This document shows positions 44,559 to 55,417 of a stretch of DNA of 64,000 nucleotides, piece by piece. Numbering within the stretch: position 1 is the first letter of the stretch; every line of letters starts with the position of its first letter. Under the pieces are notes generated by a model. That model did not search any database, was not told where the DNA came from, and was given only the letters and a program-made list of their open reading frames with translations. Both the position numbers and the translations under genes were made by a program. This DNA comes from Spirochaetia bacterium (lineage in GTDB: Bacteria > Spirochaetota > Spirochaetia > JAFGXN01): NCBI GenBank assembly GCA_034120015.1, contig JAXEIF010000029.1, forward strand, positions 118,963 through 182,962, given 5' to 3'.

Positions 44559-45257
44559 TTACTTCCGGATGATGAGGTTCATATTGTCGAGAACCTGTTT
44601 CAGCAGATTGTCGACAGTGATTTTGCGGATAGATGCCGTCTTTTCCAGGACTTCGGTCAGGATAGAGGATGGTTCTTCGTCGGTACTGTCACTTTCTATC
44701 AGCAGCCGGTCGGACGGGCATTCGCGAATTGTCTCGGCTGTTGCCGGCGAATAAAGCGAACGGCGTGAAAATGAAAGGAATACATTTTTTTTCAGAAAAG
44801 GTTCGGCATTTCGGAGCGAACCGACGAAAGAATGGTAAATCATTTTCGGATACGGAGATTTAATCACCGACAGGATGGTGTCATCGGCATGGACGGAATG
44901 GAATGTCAGAGGGCGTTCGTAGGTTTGTGCCAGATTGTAGTGATGGCGAAAATAATCAGTCTGTATTTCGATATTCGGATGAAGACGGTCTATTCCTGTT
45001 TCTCCGAGGAAAAAACCTCTGCGGACGGCTCTTTCCAGTAAGTCAAAATAGTATCCCGTGTTTTTGTATTTCGGCTTCCGCAGGTTCCATGGGTGAATCC
45101 CGGCAAAATAGTAGCGGCTTGCCGAGAAAGAGGGGAATTTTGAAAAGTCCGATTCGTCGATGCTGTTAACAAAAAGCAGGAATTCCGGATGTCCGCACAT
45201 TTGCGCGGCTTTCGGATGAATATGGGCGTCGCAGAGAGGCCTCTCATTTAAGCTCAT
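44559..45257 (-). CDS. tatD: TatD-family metal-dependent hydrolase
   Basis: Start MSLNERPLCDAHIHP... at ATG 45257; the longer track ORF begins at 45314. Also GETGID, HSFVG, ESDS. Confidence 0.6.
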   Translation of the reverse strand: MSLNERPLCDAHIHPKAAQMCGHPEFLLFVNSIDESDFSKFPSFSASRYYFAGIHPWNLRKPKYKNTGYYFDLLERAVRRGFFLGETGIDRLHPNIEIQTDYFRHHYNLAQTYERPLTFHSVHADDTILSVIKSPYPKMIYHSFVGSLRNAEPFLKKNVFLSFSRRSLYSPATAETIRECPSDRLLIESDSTDEEPSSILTEVLEKTASIRKITVDNLLKQVLDNMNLIIRK

Positions 45258-45657
45258 AAATATATGCTCCCATATTTTGAGCCAAACGGCGGTACGACCA
45301 TTCTTTATCGGCAACCGGTATTGTTTTTGTCAGGTTTTCGGTTGAGGATTCCGACGAAACGTTCACGCTGTAGATATTGATTTCTTTAATCAGAGCAGAA
45401 GGCGTCGGACAGAGTTTTCGAAATGCTTCATCATCGAGCGAAGAGGAAACAGACTCTCCCCCCGCAATCGATTGGGAATAAATTGTGTAAGTACCCGAAG
45501 CCTGGGAAGCGACGGATTTTTTGCTCCCGTCGGTTAAGACCGCTTCAAATCGCTGCGGCGACGAAGAAGCGGTTTTAATCTGATATAACGATTCGTATGA
45601 AATCGAAAACGAACAGGAGCAAAAGATCGTCAAAAACAGGATCGCCGATTTTTTCAT
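45244..45657 (-). CDS. hypothetical lipoprotein (Ser-rich)
   Basis: MKKSAILFLTIFCSC lipobox. 137 aa. Confidence 0.45.
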   Translation of the reverse strand: MKKSAILFLTIFCSCSFSISYESLYQIKTASSSPQRFEAVLTDGSKKSVASQASGTYTIYSQSIAGGESVSSSLDDEAFRKLCPTPSALIKEINIYSVNVSSESSTENLTKTIPVADKEWSYRRLAQNMGAYIYELK

Positions 45658-47588
45658 TTGACCGAAATTTCGTTAATCGATACGGCCTGGTCTTCGTTCA
45701 GAAAATCGATTCGAACTTCGAGTATGGCGCCATTGACAGCGCAGTCGGCGATTCCCTTTTCAAATTCTCCGACTTTTACCGGTGTTGCGGATCCTTCATA
45801 CAGAACCGAAACCGGTGTTCCGTCTTCAATACGTCCGTTCGGAGTATCATGGATGAAAAAACCTCCCGAAATAATTTGTAACCGGTTGTCTTTTGCATTT
45901 TGCGGTTCATTCCAACGCACAGAGAAAAAATCGCCGTTTTTGGGTGCGGAAGCCGACACGAAAGCATCGGCATCGCGACCGTTTACCGCGTATTCGGGGT
46001 AGGTGCTGTTTTTGTGTTTCAGGGATGTTGTCACGGAGGCGTTTACGGAATTTTGCAGCCGTTCCCGTGACGGCGTTTGCGCCGGAGTAATCCCTGTTTT
46101 GAGGATGACCGGAGTCAGTGTCTGCAGCCGTTTTTCAAATCCGGAAAAGTTCTTTTTGTTTTTTGCTGTCCACATCTGTTCCGAGAAGGCAAAAAGCCGG
46201 GGAAAAAGCATTTCGTCGAGACTGCTTTCGTTTACTTCTTCCGTCCACAGAGTGCAGGCTCCGCCGACAAAAAGATTTTTATTGCGGTTGAGTGCCGAAG
46301 GACGGAAATTATAGTTGTAAACTTTTTTAAGCGACAGAACCGGCATCCAGGCCGATTTGCATGTTCCGGCGTATTGCGGATAATCGAAGTAAGCGTAGTC
46401 TCCGGCCGCGTTCAGGGTTCTGATACCCGCGTTGAGTGATTGTGTAAGATAGGATCGGCCGACATAAGCCCGCCAGACCTGGGCGATGGCATGGTCGCTG
46501 ATTTTCAGATTCGGATATTCACACCAGTAAATCGGGGTGATTCCTTTTTCTTCGAGATAGGAAGCGTACTGTTTCAGGAAAACAACCAGCAGTTCTTTTT
46601 CCGTCAGATCGTTTTTTTTCATTTTCTCCGAGCATAAAGGACATTTTGCCCAGATACCGAGAGGAACTTCATCCCCGCCCATGTGAAAATATTCGGGGTT
46701 GCGGAAGATTGTCAGAACTTCGTCTAAAATCTCCGCCAGAAACGGAAACAGGTTCGGGTTGGCAATGCAGAGAATTTCCGTCCAGTCGCGGTTGGAGATG
46801 CGTTCGGAAACGGAGACGCGATCCCGGTTGGTCGGACATAAAAATTCGGGGTATGCTTCGACAAATGCGGCGGCATGTCCCGGCATATCGATTTCCGGAT
46901 AAACCGTGATACCCAATTCGGCAGCGCGGTCCAAAACGCGGTGTATTTCCTCAACCGTGTAAAAACCGTTGCGTTCCGATTCCGGGTAGCGTCCGACGCG
47001 GGACGAAATTGTGTTCAGTTTCGGGAATTTCTTGCTTTCGATGCGCCAGCCGTCGTTGTCGGTCAGATGCCAGTGGAGACGGTTAATGCGGGCAAATGCC
47101 AGTTTGTCCAGCAGTGCCAGAATCGTATCGCTGCTTTGAAAGTGGCGGGCCGAATCAAGCATAAATCCGCGCCATTCGGTTTCCGGCCGGTCGTTAACGG
47201 TAAAAGCGTTCAGGTTTTCGGTCTGTCCCGCTGTCTGAATCAGAGTTGAAAAAGCGTAAACAAAACCGGCTGTTCCTCCGGCTGTGATTGCGATCTGTCC
47301 GTTTTCGACTGTCAGGGAAAAAGCTTCGGCTCCCAACGTCGTGTCGGCTTTCATTTGCAGAGAAGCCTGATTTCCCTGTCGGGCCGAAATCGGAATGTTT
47401 TTCCCCATTCTGTTAAAGAAAGCAACCGCACCCGCGGCTTCTTTCGGACATACGGTGTATGTTAAAACGGCCGGAACGGAAGCCGCGTCGTCGTTAACCG
47501 TCATTTCCGCCGGAACCGGAATCAGCGCAGGACCGGCCGACCATCCGTTGAGCGAACAAAAAATAAATGCCATTAATAATTTTTTCAT
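45654..47588 (-). CDS. beta-N-acetylhexosaminidase (GH20) with signal peptide
   Basis: RINRLHWHLTDNDGWR, YPEIDMPGHAAA and HMGGDEV are GH20 catalytic motifs. 644 aa. Confidence 0.75.
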   Translation of the reverse strand: MKKLLMAFIFCSLNGWSAGPALIPVPAEMTVNDDAASVPAVLTYTVCPKEAAGAVAFFNRMGKNIPISARQGNQASLQMKADTTLGAEAFSLTVENGQIAITAGGTAGFVYAFSTLIQTAGQTENLNAFTVNDRPETEWRGFMLDSARHFQSSDTILALLDKLAFARINRLHWHLTDNDGWRIESKKFPKLNTISSRVGRYPESERNGFYTVEEIHRVLDRAAELGITVYPEIDMPGHAAAFVEAYPEFLCPTNRDRVSVSERISNRDWTEILCIANPNLFPFLAEILDEVLTIFRNPEYFHMGGDEVPLGIWAKCPLCSEKMKKNDLTEKELLVVFLKQYASYLEEKGITPIYWCEYPNLKISDHAIAQVWRAYVGRSYLTQSLNAGIRTLNAAGDYAYFDYPQYAGTCKSAWMPVLSLKKVYNYNFRPSALNRNKNLFVGGACTLWTEEVNESSLDEMLFPRLFAFSEQMWTAKNKKNFSGFEKRLQTLTPVILKTGITPAQTPSRERLQNSVNASVTTSLKHKNSTYPEYAVNGRDADAFVSASAPKNGDFFSVRWNEPQNAKDNRLQIISGGFFIHDTPNGRIEDGTPVSVLYEGSATPVKVGEFEKGIADCAVNGAILEVRIDFLNEDQAVSINEISVK

Positions 47589-47755
47589 TTTTCAGAGTCT
47601 CTCCCTGGTTTTGATTTTATAACGAAAAATTGAATCTGTCAAAACAATTTTACTTTTGATAACACGAAAACAGACAGCAAATTACATAATAACTTTTTGT
47701 TTTTTTTACACGTGCCGAAAATTTGATTATAAAATGTGAAATATAGAGGTGAACA

Positions 47756-48181
47756 ATGAAGAATAAATTGGTTTTGATTTTTTCCGTTTTGTTAATTTTG
47801 TCGGTTTTGGGCGCCTGTGATATGACAACCTCCGACAGTGTGGAAGGAATGTGGGTATCGCGTGCCGTGGAGCTCTCGGTGCTGTATGAGGAAATTTACA
47901 CTCTCAACAAAGGCGGATCATATATTTATGAAAGAAAACAGGATGGAAAGAGTGTATATGAAGAGGAAGGCTCGTGGATTACCGAGAAACAGACAGTCGG
48001 AAACTACGAAGAAGAACAGAGAGTGATTGCCTTTACTCCGAAATCTCCGAAAAATACAAAAGCATATGTCCGGCTCTATGCATTGGAAAACGGCGGAAAA
48101 CAGCTGGTTTTGGGGACTTACGATTTGGAATCGGATTCCGTCAGTAAACAGAAATACTACAAACAGGAGGTTTCGAAATGA
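47756..48181 (+). CDS. hypothetical lipoprotein
   Basis: MKNKLVLIFSVLLILSVLGAC lipobox. First gene of a co-directional lipoprotein cluster. Confidence 0.5.
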   Translation: MKNKLVLIFSVLLILSVLGACDMTTSDSVEGMWVSRAVELSVLYEEIYTLNKGGSYIYERKQDGKSVYEEEGSWITEKQTVGNYEEEQRVIAFTPKSPKNTKAYVRLYALENGGKQLVLGTYDLESDSVSKQKYYKQEVSK

Positions 48182-49743
48182 AAAAAATTGCTGTCGTTTT
48201 GGCCGTTGTCGCTTTGCTGTCCGGTTGCGGATGGGGAAGTCTGATGGGAGAAGAATTGACGGGCGGTCATTCCGTTTTGAGTGAATCCCTTTCTTCTGTC
48301 GGTGTGTTGCCTCCTTCCGGTATAAAGGGAACGATTACGCCCGAAAATTCCGCTTATACGGTTCTGATTACATGGGATTCCGTAGCCAATGCGAAAGAAT
48401 ACGAAATTTCCGTTACCGGTGATTATACAAAAACCGAGAAAGTTGATGTTTCCCAATTTAAATTTCCGGTTTCCCTGACGAAAGGGGATTCGTTTACGGC
48501 TTCGGTAACATTAAAAACTGTCAATATCAACGGAAAAGTTTCCGCAAAAAGTGCTCCTCTGGTGGTGTCTTTCGGAAGCGATTCCGTATATGGTGAACAG
48601 GTTCATGATTTTTATGCTTCCAGAGGAACGGAAACCTCGGTTTTGCTGACATATACACCGGCCAGGGATGCCGACCGGTATAAACTGGAGCGTCGAATGA
48701 CGGGGGCTCCGGATGATGCCGAGTGGGAGCTGATCAGTGCCGGTATTGTCAACGCCGATTCCTCGGCATCGCTTTATTATTATTACGATCAGACGGCGAA
48801 AGGCGGTTACTGTTACGATTACCGGATTACGCCGGTTGATGCGGGCGGTATCGCCGGTATTGCATCCGTGACGGAAGCCGGTTTTGTCTGGCCGTTGGCA
48901 AATGATTTGCGGGCAGGTCAGGGCGGCGAAGGTTTCTACAAAGACAATAAAGGTGTTTTTGCCGTCGAATGGGATATCCAGTCGTCACTGTTGGGGTACG
49001 GAGATGAGCCTGTTGATCCCGTTGCCTATCCCGAGTTGGGTGAAATTATGAACGGGTTAGGGTTCCAGTTCCGCGTTGCTTCGGGTGCCAGTCAGCTTGA
49101 TGAGAAAGACGCTAATTTTTCATCCGATTGGGGGCTTTCTGCCGGTATCGATGCTTTTTCCAATTATAACGGCGATGCCTGGGAAGGTTTTACTCCCGAA
49201 CAGGACGGTTTTACGGCTGCCGAAATGAGTGCTGTCGGCGGAGCCAAGATTTACAAAAAAACGGAAGGCTATATCGATACTTACCGTCTGTATGTTATCG
49301 TTGACGGAACATCCCACTCCGAAGATAACATGATTTGGGGTAAAAAGGGATATTTTCAGGTTCGTTCAACTTATGTTAAGTATCCGGCTCTCCCGTGGTC
49401 GAATAAGGCAAACGGATATGTTGTCGGTCCGACTGAGTCCGAAATCTGGAAAGACGGAACAGTTTCCGCAGTTGCTGATGCGCCGAACGCTGTCACGGTC
49501 AGCTGGACGGGAACAGAAGGCGCCGGTTTCCAGGGGTGGTATCTTTATATGAAGAAAGAGGGCGAAGCCGAATTTACTCAAATGGAAGATATCGGAACCG
49601 TTTCCGGTGCAGCATCGATGCAGATCGGCAGTCTGGCAGCCGGCAGTTACTGGTTCGGTGTGGCCGGTGTTGACGGTTCTGGAAAGAACGGAATCATTTT
49701 TGAAAGCGGAAAAGTTACGGTGTCCGACGGGGCATCCGAATAG
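48178..49743 (+). CDS. surface lipoprotein with FN3-like repeats
   Basis: MKKIAVVLAVVALLSGC. Repeated W..S/T...Y.Y/L.R-type beta-sandwich signatures. ATGA overlap with the upstream gene. Confidence 0.5.
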   Translation: MKKIAVVLAVVALLSGCGWGSLMGEELTGGHSVLSESLSSVGVLPPSGIKGTITPENSAYTVLITWDSVANAKEYEISVTGDYTKTEKVDVSQFKFPVSLTKGDSFTASVTLKTVNINGKVSAKSAPLVVSFGSDSVYGEQVHDFYASRGTETSVLLTYTPARDADRYKLERRMTGAPDDAEWELISAGIVNADSSASLYYYYDQTAKGGYCYDYRITPVDAGGIAGIASVTEAGFVWPLANDLRAGQGGEGFYKDNKGVFAVEWDIQSSLLGYGDEPVDPVAYPELGEIMNGLGFQFRVASGASQLDEKDANFSSDWGLSAGIDAFSNYNGDAWEGFTPEQDGFTAAEMSAVGGAKIYKKTEGYIDTYRLYVIVDGTSHSEDNMIWGKKGYFQVRSTYVKYPALPWSNKANGYVVGPTESEIWKDGTVSAVADAPNAVTVSWTGTEGAGFQGWYLYMKKEGEAEFTQMEDIGTVSGAASMQIGSLAAGSYWFGVAGVDGSGKNGIIFESGKVTVSDGASE

Positions 49744-49753
49744 GGGAGTTGTT

Positions 49754-52546
49754 ATGAAAAAACGTATAGCTTTGATTTTTTTATCGGTACTGCTGGTTGC
49801 CGGTTGTGCCAATCAGTTGCGGAGCCTGAACGGACAGGTCGTCAAGACAGCCGGAGCCGTGGAAATTTCCGATCCGCAAAACGATTATGTGATTGATGCC
49901 AATATCCCGATTCCGACTTCCGTATCGGCTACACAGGGCAATTTCAGCGATCGGATTCGGATTTCCTGGCAACAGGTTTTTTACGGAGATGCGCAGATTC
50001 AGTATCATGTATACAGAGAAGATGTTAAAAAAGACGGTGAGTCAAAACTGCTTCGTCTGACCGGTTACCGTCCGATTGCCCAACTTCACTACGATGATTT
50101 GGTTTCCGGAACGGTTGTGCCGGGAGCGGTTTACAAATATTATGTACGGGCGATTAATATGAGTTCGCCGAATACGGAAGGAAGTGTTCTCAGTACGCCT
50201 GTTACCGGATATGCGCTTTCCGGTGTTTCATCGATTTCTGCCGATTTCCGTGTTTCGACGGAAAAAGTGACGGTGACATGGAAAGAAGTGGAAGGGGCTT
50301 CTTTTTATTATCTCTACAGAGCTCCCGAACCGTATGAAAACGTTGTTCCCAATGAAGAGTCATTCGAACGGCTGAGTCAGGCTTTTACAACCACATCTTA
50401 TGATGATTACAGTGTTTTGAACGGAGGTTCTCTGGAATCGGGGAAAAGTTACTATTATTATGTCGAAGCGTGTTATGACCGGGAGACGGTGAGTCAGCGA
50501 AGCGGATTCGCACGCGGAGCTCTGCTGTCAGCCGGTGCTCCCGCCGAAGGGTACATCGAATCGGTTTCACAGGGCGAAATTCTGAATGCGATTCGTGTGA
50601 CTTGGAAAGCCGATGACAGTGCAACCGAGTACCGGGTTTACCGGTTGACAAAAGATAATATCGACGGCGGTGACTTTGTCGGTACGGAAATTGTTGTTCC
50701 TATCAATGAAACAAAAAAAGACGGAGATGCCGCTGTCTGGTACGATAAATCGACATCTGTCGGCAGCGGAGAGGAGTTCTATTATCGTGTTGCCGCCGTG
50801 AATGATTACGGCGCCGGATCGTTGTCTTCTCCGACGATTGCCGAAGATGTACTGGAGAGAAGCCGTATAACAGGAAAAGCGATTCCTTCTGCGGAAGGTC
50901 TGACGCCGTATGTTATGCTGACCAGAACGGGTTTTTATGTTTCATGGCCGTCCTGTTTTACGACAATCAACGGCGATGAAGGCTATTACCTGTTTGCGGC
51001 CGACGGCAGTACCGGCAGTGAACCTGCCGACGAAAACGGTTGGACGCTGCTTACGGCGGATCCCGTTAAGGCTTTGGATATGACACTCACCGAATCCGAC
51101 TTAAACGGCGTTTTGAACGGGGTTCCTATTGCCGATGCCAAACTCTATTTCCGCGTTTTACCGGTGAATACAAAAATGGTAACTTATACTTCCGGAAGCG
51201 GTATTGCTGTCGGTTCCGATTATACGAAATACGAAACGGAACTGGGTGAAGAGGCAGCCAAAACCTGTCTGGTCGGACGATCGACTTATACAAGGTCTCT
51301 CTATTTCGAGAAAAAGGCTCCCGTTCTGGTTTCGATTAAGGCAACAGAAGGAACCGAAATCGGAACCGTGAAGGTGACGGCAGAACTCGATTTGAATTCC
51401 GAAATGGGATATCTGTATAATATCAAACTGCAGAGAACCTGTTACTACGGTGACGAGGCGGGAGTTTATCCTTTGAGTTTGCCGCCGGCGAACACTGATG
51501 CCGACAAACATTTTCCGTTAAAAAATCAGCCGAAGAAGGCCAATACATCGACTTACCCGATGCAGGAATACTTTAAATCGGGAGTGATCGAATGGTCGGA
51601 TCCGATGCCGGACTATCTTTCCAACGGGCAGGAGAAAGGGACTGTCGTCTGGGATTATGCGACATGGGACAGAGAAGGCTGGAAGTGTATTCTTCGTCAG
51701 AAAGATGTCGATATGCGGCAGTTCATGAAGATCGAATACAAACTTGTTTCCGTCGCTCTTGATCCTGTTAGCGGTGCGGAAATGGGAGATCCTGTCGTAT
51801 TGAATACGACTCCGGCTGTCGGATGGCCCGATTTGAGTGACAAGGAATTTGCCCACCTGGCCAAATGGATGACCGACTGTGCGCTGAATACGATCTGGCA
51901 GTTGAATATTCCGCGTATGATGTGGGATAAAACGGTCGGCTGGTTGCCGAGTCTCAGTTTCAGCCACAACGGAGAAAAAGGCGGTCGTATGGATTTTAAT
52001 GTCGGAAGCGTAACCAATTTGAGCGGTTCCGGCGGCACAAGCGGAACAGCTTATTCCGACTGGAACGGTTACAGTATCAAACTGTCGATGAGTATGAAGG
52101 TTTCGCTCGAGTCGAACCAGCCGCGTCAGGTGACACTGAACGGGATTCAGGTGACGACACCGCTTTATTCGGGAACCATGGATATGCAGATTACCGTTCG
52201 TGACTTCGGTCCGTTCTGGGGACTCTGGTCCGAGTCAAACGGGACATATCAGAAAGGCGGTTATGTAAAGGTAAAACTGGGAAAGCGTGCAGCTGCCGAA
52301 TTTAATCCTTCGGAAATTATTATGAAAGGAACCGGCGCATCCGATGTTTTCGATTATCAGGTGCACGGCTATGATTGGGAGCGTGATTTGGATCCGAAAG
52401 AAAAAACATCGTATCCGGCCAAAGGGGGCGGTTCATGGCATTTTACGCGGATTAATTGGCCGGCCCGTCCGTATCCCGAAAATAATTCCTATATGATGAA
52501 TAAAGGAAACAAAGCGGCGATTGATTACAAAACAACGGCATGGTAG
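49754..52546 (+). CDS. large surface lipoprotein with multiple FN3-like domains
   Basis: MKKRIALIFLSVLLVAGC at ATG 49754 (the track ORF starts earlier at 49607). Repeats such as IRISWQQV..YHVYRE, VTVTWKEVEGASFYYLYRA, IRVTWKADDSATEYRVYRL. Confidence 0.5.
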   Translation: MKKRIALIFLSVLLVAGCANQLRSLNGQVVKTAGAVEISDPQNDYVIDANIPIPTSVSATQGNFSDRIRISWQQVFYGDAQIQYHVYREDVKKDGESKLLRLTGYRPIAQLHYDDLVSGTVVPGAVYKYYVRAINMSSPNTEGSVLSTPVTGYALSGVSSISADFRVSTEKVTVTWKEVEGASFYYLYRAPEPYENVVPNEESFERLSQAFTTTSYDDYSVLNGGSLESGKSYYYYVEACYDRETVSQRSGFARGALLSAGAPAEGYIESVSQGEILNAIRVTWKADDSATEYRVYRLTKDNIDGGDFVGTEIVVPINETKKDGDAAVWYDKSTSVGSGEEFYYRVAAVNDYGAGSLSSPTIAEDVLERSRITGKAIPSAEGLTPYVMLTRTGFYVSWPSCFTTINGDEGYYLFAADGSTGSEPADENGWTLLTADPVKALDMTLTESDLNGVLNGVPIADAKLYFRVLPVNTKMVTYTSGSGIAVGSDYTKYETELGEEAAKTCLVGRSTYTRSLYFEKKAPVLVSIKATEGTEIGTVKVTAELDLNSEMGYLYNIKLQRTCYYGDEAGVYPLSLPPANTDADKHFPLKNQPKKANTSTYPMQEYFKSGVIEWSDPMPDYLSNGQEKGTVVWDYATWDREGWKCILRQKDVDMRQFMKIEYKLVSVALDPVSGAEMGDPVVLNTTPAVGWPDLSDKEFAHLAKWMTDCALNTIWQLNIPRMMWDKTVGWLPSLSFSHNGEKGGRMDFNVGSVTNLSGSGGTSGTAYSDWNGYSIKLSMSMKVSLESNQPRQVTLNGIQVTTPLYSGTMDMQITVRDFGPFWGLWSESNGTYQKGGYVKVKLGKRAAAEFNPSEIIMKGTGASDVFDYQVHGYDWERDLDPKEKTSYPAKGGGSWHFTRINWPARPYPENNSYMMNKGNKAAIDYKTTAW

Positions 52547-52557
52547 GAGAGGTGAAA

Positions 52558-52992
52558 ATGAAAAGACTGACGGTACTTTTACTGATGATATTCGGACTGA
52601 TTTCCTGTCTGCCGGAAGGGTATTATCCGGCAACAACAGCAGGAATTACCGATTACTGGATTTTGGAGTCCGGCGAAATCACGGAGACGCTGGATTTGTA
52701 TTTCGAAAAGGGACGATACTGTTTTACATGGACGCGGCAGATTCAGGGGGTTGATATTGTCGATCCCGTAAAAGGTCATTATAATGTCCGCCGTGTTAAT
52801 GACTACGGCGAAAAATGGTATGTTCTGACGCTGATGCCGGAAGGTGAGAATCAGCCGATTTACTCTTATAAGATGACATTGTCACAGGATAAACGCGTTC
52901 TGGCTCTGGAAGGAAGCGGTATTTCGTATTATTACCGGGTTGAAAAAGAGAAAAATGCCGGTAAAGACGATGGAGAAAAAAGTAGGAGGTAA
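52558..52992 (+). CDS. small lipoprotein
   Basis: MKRLTVLLLMIFGLISC with ribosome-binding site GGAGAGGTG. Confidence 0.45.
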   Translation: MKRLTVLLLMIFGLISCLPEGYYPATTAGITDYWILESGEITETLDLYFEKGRYCFTWTRQIQGVDIVDPVKGHYNVRRVNDYGEKWYVLTLMPEGENQPIYSYKMTLSQDKRVLALEGSGISYYYRVEKEKNAGKDDGEKSRR

Positions 52993-52995
52993 AGA

Positions 52996-55386
52996 ATGAA
53001 AAAATCTGTTCTGTTTTTGGCAACAGTATTGTTCCTTATCGGGTGTCCCGAAGGAGAAGGAAAAAATATCGATGTGGCTCCGCGGATTACTCTGATCGGA
53101 CCTTCCGAAGTCTTTTTTAATGTCGATGATATTTATATCGAATACGGTTATACAGCAACCGATGTCGACGGGAACGATGTTTCGTCTCTCGTGCGACGCG
53201 ACACTTCAACGCTGAATATGGGAAAAGAAGGCTCTTATCAGGTTTCCTATGTGGCAGTCGACCGTAAAGGAGTAAAATCGGATGCGGTTTATAGAACCGT
53301 TAATGTCGGTAATGCGTTTGCTCCGGAAATAACCATTTCCGGATCCAATCCCCTTCTGTTGAAGCTGAACGGAGAGTTTACGCAGCCCTCGGCAACCGCT
53401 ATGGCGTATGACGGCACCGATCTGAGTGACTCGATTCAGGTCAATGCGGAGAGTGTCGATACGACCAAAGTGGGGACTTACATTGTTTCTTATACCGTCA
53501 CCGATTCGAGCGGAGTGACCGGCACAGCTCAGCTTTACGTATATGTAATGGAATCAAGTTCACCGCGGATTATTGTGGAAGGGGTCGGTGCAATAGCAGA
53601 TAATCCGTATCCGCTTCAGGTGCAGGGAGCATCAGCAAGCGATGAGACTGTTAAATCTTATTTGAACAAAGCGTTGCCCTATTTTCAGGCCTACGATTTG
53701 GAGGACGGAGATATTTCTTACAAAGTAACGGTCAGCGAAGATGAAGTGTACAATAATCTTATTTCTGCTTTGAAGGCTGATTCGGCTTCAGACAACACTC
53801 CTAAGGCGTTGACTTTGACAGTTTCCGATTCTAGCGGTAATACTCCCAGTCCGCTTCCCGTATTTTACGTAACGGTGGTAACCGACACAACACCGCCTGT
53901 TATTACTCTTGCAGATGATCAGCCGATGTATACCATCGAAATAGATGCATGGAACGATAACACAAAAGCGTGGAATGAGCTGTTTCAAAAGTTGGGTGCA
54001 ACAATTATAGATGATTCCATGGAAGAGTATACTCCGAAGCCGTTTACACCGAATACACCGATTGATGGTATTTCAGAACACGGCATAGATGATACGGCTT
54101 TGCGTGCCGCTTTGACAATGAACGGCGATCGTGATCAATTTTTGGCCAATTATGATTACAATAATGCGACGGCTCCGCTTAACTATAAGAAGGTGACATT
54201 GTGGGCGAAGGATATGGCCGGTAATTCAGTTACAAAAGAAATTACCGTTTATTTGACCGATACGACCGCACCGGAAATTATTAAATCAAATATTACGATC
54301 CCCTTTGGAATTTCGGCTGTTTCCAGCTCTCATCAATTACGGTGGCAGGATAATTCAGGTGCGGAAGGATCTTGTTCCGGTCTTGATTTGGCGGCAATCG
54401 ATAATGCCTTGACGGAAGGTTCTTTTAACGTTACTTTTACAGCGATGCATCCAAATAATCCGAGTAAATCGTCTACTTTGACTTACCCGGTTCGGGTCGG
54501 TTCGCCCCTATTATCTCCGTCTGGCGGCAGTTGGGTAAATAACAATCTTCTGGCACAGGCGGGGGTTAATTATAATTTCTTGACAAAAGCATCTGATTAT
54601 ACCGGTAATGACGGAAAAGGTGTAGCTAAAAATCTGAAACCGATTACACCTATAGGATGGAGTTTTGCAACACCGCGAGATGGTAGTTCCGGAGAATGGT
54701 ATTGGACTTCACTGTTTTCCAGCGGACATGGGCCTATTAATGCTGTCAGTGCGGCTGATCCGAACAATGACTGTATTGTCTGTTGCGGGGTGCTTTATCC
54801 TTCTTCTGCTCCTACAATAGGTGCCTACTTGACATGCGGGAATATCGGAGTGGGTGCTGCTTCTACAATGATTAGAAATGTTAATGTTGCGATTTCGACT
54901 ACAGCCAATGTAACTTTGTATAATGGCGTAACTTATGAAATCGGCTATGATGCGGCTGATTTTAAAACATCTGGATCAGCTTTAGGAGATACAGGAGGCG
55001 CGCGCTATTTGGATGTCGCACGAACAGCTGGAACAGGTACTTTTGGAGGACAAACAATTTATAGTGTTTCTCATACGGCTGCGGTAAAAACCAATAAGGA
55101 TACCTGGGCCTATGAGCACATGGGGTTCGTCGGTAATTACAGCGGATCGGAATGGGAAAATCAGTCAGGACAGACGACGATTAGCGGTGGAAATATCACT
55201 TCTGTTAGTTTGCTTTACTCGATTCTTGACCCAGGTAATAGTGCCGATTACGGTTCGCTTGTTACTAATTTCCGTATTTGCCCCGTCAAATGGAAAGGCA
55301 AACAGGATAAAACGAAGCCCGACTCGCCGATCGGCTACTGGAATTACGATACCTCTTCCGGTGCTGTAACCTGGTCCGAAAATTAA
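52996..55386 (+). CDS. surface lipoprotein with DUF5011/Ig-like domains
   Basis: MKKSVLFLATVLFLIGC. PRITLIGPSEVFFNVDDIYIEYGYTATDVDGNDVS is a typical DUF5011 pattern, repeated (EITISGSNPLLLKLNGEFTQPSATAMAYDGTDLS). Confidence 0.5.
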   Translation: MKKSVLFLATVLFLIGCPEGEGKNIDVAPRITLIGPSEVFFNVDDIYIEYGYTATDVDGNDVSSLVRRDTSTLNMGKEGSYQVSYVAVDRKGVKSDAVYRTVNVGNAFAPEITISGSNPLLLKLNGEFTQPSATAMAYDGTDLSDSIQVNAESVDTTKVGTYIVSYTVTDSSGVTGTAQLYVYVMESSSPRIIVEGVGAIADNPYPLQVQGASASDETVKSYLNKALPYFQAYDLEDGDISYKVTVSEDEVYNNLISALKADSASDNTPKALTLTVSDSSGNTPSPLPVFYVTVVTDTTPPVITLADDQPMYTIEIDAWNDNTKAWNELFQKLGATIIDDSMEEYTPKPFTPNTPIDGISEHGIDDTALRAALTMNGDRDQFLANYDYNNATAPLNYKKVTLWAKDMAGNSVTKEITVYLTDTTAPEIIKSNITIPFGISAVSSSHQLRWQDNSGAEGSCSGLDLAAIDNALTEGSFNVTFTAMHPNNPSKSSTLTYPVRVGSPLLSPSGGSWVNNNLLAQAGVNYNFLTKASDYTGNDGKGVAKNLKPITPIGWSFATPRDGSSGEWYWTSLFSSGHGPINAVSAADPNNDCIVCCGVLYPSSAPTIGAYLTCGNIGVGAASTMIRNVNVAISTTANVTLYNGVTYEIGYDAADFKTSGSALGDTGGARYLDVARTAGTGTFGGQTIYSVSHTAAVKTNKDTWAYEHMGFVGNYSGSEWENQSGQTTISGGNITSVSLLYSILDPGNSADYGSLVTNFRICPVKWKGKQDKTKPDSPIGYWNYDTSSGAVTWSEN

Positions 55387-55393
55387 GTTTTTG

Positions 55394-55417
55394 ACCGCCC
55401 CTTTGGGGCGGGTTTTT
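55394..55417 (+). terminator. rho-independent terminator (ACCGCCCC-TTT-GGGGCGG + T5)
   Basis: Read directly after the stop at 55386. Confidence 0.75.
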
